Source: Eledone cirrhosa (lineage: Eukaryota). Taken from it: a DNA stretch of 64,000 bases. Of the stretch, positions 59,520 to 64,000 are shown one piece after another. The position numbers and the translations under genes are program-made. Below the pieces are notes generated by a model. It worked only from the letters and a program-made list of their open reading frames with translations, was not told the origin of the DNA and did no database searches. The stretch is from the NCBI GenBank assembly GCA_964016885.1, contig OZ024743.1:167338001-167402000 (forward strand), read 5' to 3'. The stretch's first letter is position 1. Each line of letters begins with the position of its first letter.

Positions 59520-60836
59520 TAAGAGGGATCAGATGTTGTTTACTCGAGAGAAGGCTACGTTGGTATGGTCACGTGATGCGCATGAAAGACGATAGCTGTA
59601 TAAAAAAGTGCAGGGCAATAAAGATAGACGGTAGCCACGGAGTAGGCAGACCCAGAAAAACCTGGGACGACCTGATAAATTCCGACCTCACACACTTACA
59701 CCTCTCCAAGACAATGTCACTGGAGCGAGATCTTTGGCGGTACTCAGTAATAGAGAAGACCCGCCTTACCTAAATACAAAGTAAAACCTACTACAGTCAG
59801 TAGGCATATCTAACACAATACACCCCCGTCACACCACCCCCACCCCATCCACACCGCCCCTCTCAATGTAAAGTTATGTTGATGCCACAACATCCAGGCC
59901 GAAACAAATGAGATCGTGTAGGTGTCACGACAAAAAAAACACACAGTCCACGCTGTAATGTGGCCGTGTAGGCAACACGGTAAAAACCTCCCAGCCCCAC
60001 ACTGTAAATGTGGTTGGTGTTAGGAAGGGCATCCAGCTGTAGAAAATCCGCCAGCCAGTCCTATGCGAGCAAGACAACCACTCTTGCCTCAAGTGGGAAA
60101 ACTCCCGTCCAAACCCATGCAGGTGTGGAACATGGACGTTAAACGATGATGATGATGATGTATATCTCTGTATATGTATATATATATACATATGTATGTA
60201 TATATATATGTATGTATATATATATATATATGTATATATATATGTACTACTGGTAACATGTATCCCAGTACAACCTGGCTAATGGTCGGGTCGTTGGCGA
60301 CTAAACTGGCAACCCCACCAAGGTTTCTTGGTGAGGAGGGTGACTTTGGACATCCTGCAGGACTAAAAACAAAACCTGTCAAAGGGCAAAGGAGCTTTTA
60401 AGAGTCAATGGCCATCCAAAATCACCGGGAGAGATGACCCCTTAGCCTTTGTCAAGGCAGAATTCTAGGAGAAGGAAAACTCTGATATAACACCTGCAAC
60501 CCTGATGGTAACCAATGATGTTGACTTGTTCTTCTTTTTGGTAAATATCATCTTGGTTAAGAGAGTGGGACTGGCTTTGTGCAGTGCTTTTGCTCACTAT
60601 AAAAGCTTCACGGCACAGGCATTGCTTTATATCTGGAGATCTCTCTGCACTTTTCATCACAGGGTACAATGGGCCCAGCACTATGTGTCAGTAATTGTCA
60701 CAAGTGTAGTGTTTGTGCCAGAGTTTTCAAGTCACTGGCTGGACTAAAAAGTCACACTCGTTCAGCGCATCGGTCGGGGTTCTCCTACATGGATATAAAG
60801 TAGTGGCCGTACTCGAAAACGAGTTGGCAGCCACCA
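57378..60836 (+). repeat. Tandem composite: family A element / (TA)n / RTE 3' fragment, ~2.5 units
   Basis: Family A at 57378-57707, 58793-59382, 60243-60836; RTE fragments 57930-58563 and 59512-60160 begin at the same base. Confidence 0.85.
58589..58708 (+). mobile_element. Short PLE-type fragment with a perfect 19-bp fold-back
   Basis: TAGGAACCAGTAAGACCCC-T-GGGGTCTTACTGGTTCCTA; same family as 17876-18057. Confidence 0.6.
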
Positions 60837-60838
60837 TG

Positions 60839-60876
<38 letters not shown>

Positions 60877-60970
60877 TATGTATATATATATGTATATATA
60901 TATATGTATATATATGTATATATATATATGTATATGTATATATATATATGTATATATATATATATGTATG

Positions 60971-61024
<54 letters not shown>

Positions 61025-61138
61025 AGTATATATATGTATATATATATAAGTATATATATGTATATCTATATATATATATATATATATATGTGTATATATA
61101 TATGTATATCTATATATCTCTATATATATATGTATATC

Positions 61139-61171
<33 letters not shown>

Positions 61172-61226
61172 GTATATATATGTATATATATATATGTATA
61201 TATATGTATATATATATATGTATATC

Positions 61227-61257
<31 letters not shown>

Positions 61258-61308
61258 GTATATCTATATATATATCTATATATATATATGTATATATATA
61301 TGTATATC

Positions 61309-61339
<31 letters not shown>

Positions 61340-61346
61340 GTATATC

Positions 61347-61377
<31 letters not shown>

Positions 61378-61384
61378 GTATATC

Positions 61385-61417
<33 letters not shown>

Positions 61418-61480
61418 GTATATCTATATATATATATGTATATATATATGTATATATATATATATATGTATATATATATG

Positions 61481-61511
<31 letters not shown>

Positions 61512-61629
61512 GTATATATGTATATATATGTGTATGTATATATGTATATGTATATATGTATATGTATATGTGTATATATATATGTATATGTATATATATA
61601 TATATGTATATATATGTATATGTATATAT

Positions 61630-61663
<34 letters not shown>

Positions 61664-61670
61664 GTATATG

Positions 61671-61701
<31 letters not shown>

Positions 61702-61748
61702 GTATATATATGTATATGTATATATATATATATGTATATATATATATG

Positions 61749-61779
<31 letters not shown>

Positions 61780-61844
61780 GTATATATATATATGTATATA
61801 TATATATGTATATATATATATGTATATATGTATATATATATATG

Positions 61845-61876
<32 letters not shown>

Positions 61877-61940
61877 TGTATATATATGTATATATATGTA
61901 TATATATATAGGTATATATATATAGGTATATATATATAGG

Positions 61941-61971
<31 letters not shown>

Positions 61972-62180
61972 GTATATATATATGTATATATATATATGTA
62001 TATATATATATGTATATATATATATATGTATATATATATATGTATATATATATATGTATATATATATATGTATATATATATATATAGGTATATATATATA
62101 TAGGTATATATATATAGGTATATATATATAGGTATATATATATATGTATATATATATATGTATATGTATATATATATATG

Positions 62181-62211
<31 letters not shown>

Positions 62212-62300
62212 GTATATATATATGTATATATATATATGTATATATATATATATGTATATATATATGTATATATATGTATATGTATATATGTATATATATA
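60837..62300. repeat. Interrupted (TA)n array
   Basis: Direct reading. Confidence 0.98.
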
Positions 62301-63878
62301 TTCCTATTATTCCTATCGCAAACAACTTCTCCAATCCAATTCCTTCTATAGATAACACTAGATCACTCATTAATAATCTCTCTAATTGCAACTGCCGCAT
62401 TAAAAATAAATGTCCTCTCAACACCATTGCCTCGATAAAAACTTAATTTATGAATGTAAAATTATAACTAGCACCAATTCCTTCACCTACTTCGGCTCCA
62501 CTTCCACCTCTTTTAAAGCTCGTCTTTATAATCATCATTCATCTTTCAAATACAAACTTAAAAGAACTAACACTGCTCTCTCAGAACTCATATGGTCCTT
62601 AAAAGACAAAAACATTAAATATAACATCTTTTGGAAAAAGATTTCTTCTGCATCCTCATACTTGAACAGCTCTCTATCTAAAATCTGTAATCTCTGCCTA
62701 AATGAAAAAATTACCATTATCTCTAACCTAGAATCTATAATAAATAGACGCTCAGATTTGTTTTCTATCTGCCTGCATAAATTCCATAGAACTTTTCACA
62801 AAGTATACAGTTAATATTCAATTCTTTATCAATTTATAATCTTTTCTCAAAGGCACATATACATACACCTCTTTAAAATATACCCATCTACCTTACTTTA
62901 AAGGGCATTATACACTCTATAATACTCGTTTACTCATTACCCTCATTCTATCTTCTCGTAAAATAATATTTGTTTTTGACATTTTGAATATTCATCCGCA
63001 ATCATTATTATTTTTTCTCTCTATCATAAATCTTTTTAATCTCAATTTCATCCTTAATTTATTATTATTTTTTTCTCCCCATCAACGAACTCATTATTAA
63101 TACAAATCAATTCAATATACAAACTTTAACTTCACATTATTTTTCTCAAATCCACACAAACCTTAACAATTTTTCTCTTCGCTAATTTTGAAATTGCCAC
63201 AATACATACATTTCTTCTTTTGACGTTAGAATATTTACCCACAATTATTATTTTTTTCTCTCTATCTTCATACATAATTTCCCTTCGTTAATTTTCAAAT
63301 TCCTTTAATTTATACATTATCTTCCAACGGTTCCCAACCTCTCTATATTAAAACAATATATCTTTTTCTCAGTTATAAAAACTATCTCTTTCTCTCTATC
63401 ACCCATCTCTCCCTCTCCACCTTCACTCTCATCTCCTCCCCCCTTTTTTTCATCCTTTCCACCCCCCCTCCCTAAATAAAATATTTTTTCCTCGCACATA
63501 TCCTCCCTTCGTTAATTTTCAAAATTTTTAATTTATACAGTATCTTCCAACGGTTTTCAACCCCTCTATGTAAAAAATATATCTCCTCTCAGTTATAAAA
63601 ACTATCTCTTTCTCTCCCTCTCATCTCCTTCCCTTTTCATCCTCCCCCCCCCCCCTCTCTAAATAAAATATTTTTCCCAATATCACACATCAATCTAAAA
63701 CCACTTTTCATATGTTGATTTAAAACTGCACTATCAACAAGTGTTTTTTTAGCCTTCATATCATGTTCTCCTGTTTTATCTGATGAAAACACAAATATTA
63801 TTGCTTGATGATGTTTGTTTTTGAAATGCGCATAATAAAATATATGGAACTCCTTTAACCATCTTTTGATCTTATATT
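62301..63878 (+). mobile_element. PLE 3' part: Cys-rich GIY-YIG endonuclease, long 3' region, hammerhead
   Basis: [11 protein letters not shown] / NLIYECKI...YFGST...FKARLYNH...LSELIWSLK...CNLCLNEK; frameshift near 62420; internal ~230-bp tandem duplication ~63275-63680. Confidence 0.8.
63774..63840 (+). ncRNA. Type I hammerhead with long stem II
   Basis: TTTTAT-CTGATGA-[16-bp stem, one mismatch, GCTT loop]-GAAA-TGCGCA-TA-ATAAAA; palindromic stem III. Confidence 0.75.
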
Positions 63879-63929
63879 ATATATATATATATATATATAG
63901 AAAAACCACAGACCCTCCATCTCAACTCA

Positions 63930-63967
63930 CCTCTTGAAAAGCAGAAGAACTGCGAAACCGGTAAAGG
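63930..63967 (+). ncRNA. Decayed hammerhead (core mutated)
   Basis: CCTC-TTGAAAA-GCAG(AAGAA)CTGC-GAAA-CCGG-TA-AAGG. Confidence 0.4.
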
Positions 63968-64000
63968 AACCAAATAAATATATATATTTAGAAAAAAAAT

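Overview
Eukaryotic, very repeat-rich DNA, most likely from an octopus or other cephalopod (recognisable Octopus-type tRNA SINEs, kilobase G/C-interrupted (TA)n arrays). Almost all long ORFs in the track are microsatellite artefacts or antisense shadows of retroelements. Real content: (1) four phase-compatible exons (38448-45730, +) of a PARPBP/PARI orthologue; (2) a nest of decayed mobile elements: two near full-length RTE LINEs carrying a PHD finger, many RTE 3' fragments, CR1-like LINEs, several Penelope-like elements (PLEs), a Helitron, CRE and Gypsy fragments, SINEs and a 53-bp minisatellite; (3) the standout, a 3.9-kb fold-back palindrome (32716-36613) made of apparently identical 310-bp monomers. 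Each monomer carries an intact type I hammerhead ribozyme (13 copies, retrozyme-like), and the array abuts an older, divergent hammerhead fold-back element that shares its 3' tail. Other PLE-type inserts show the same hairpin/inverted 5' end and carry further hammerheads. All structures were read by eye; no alignments or folding were computed.
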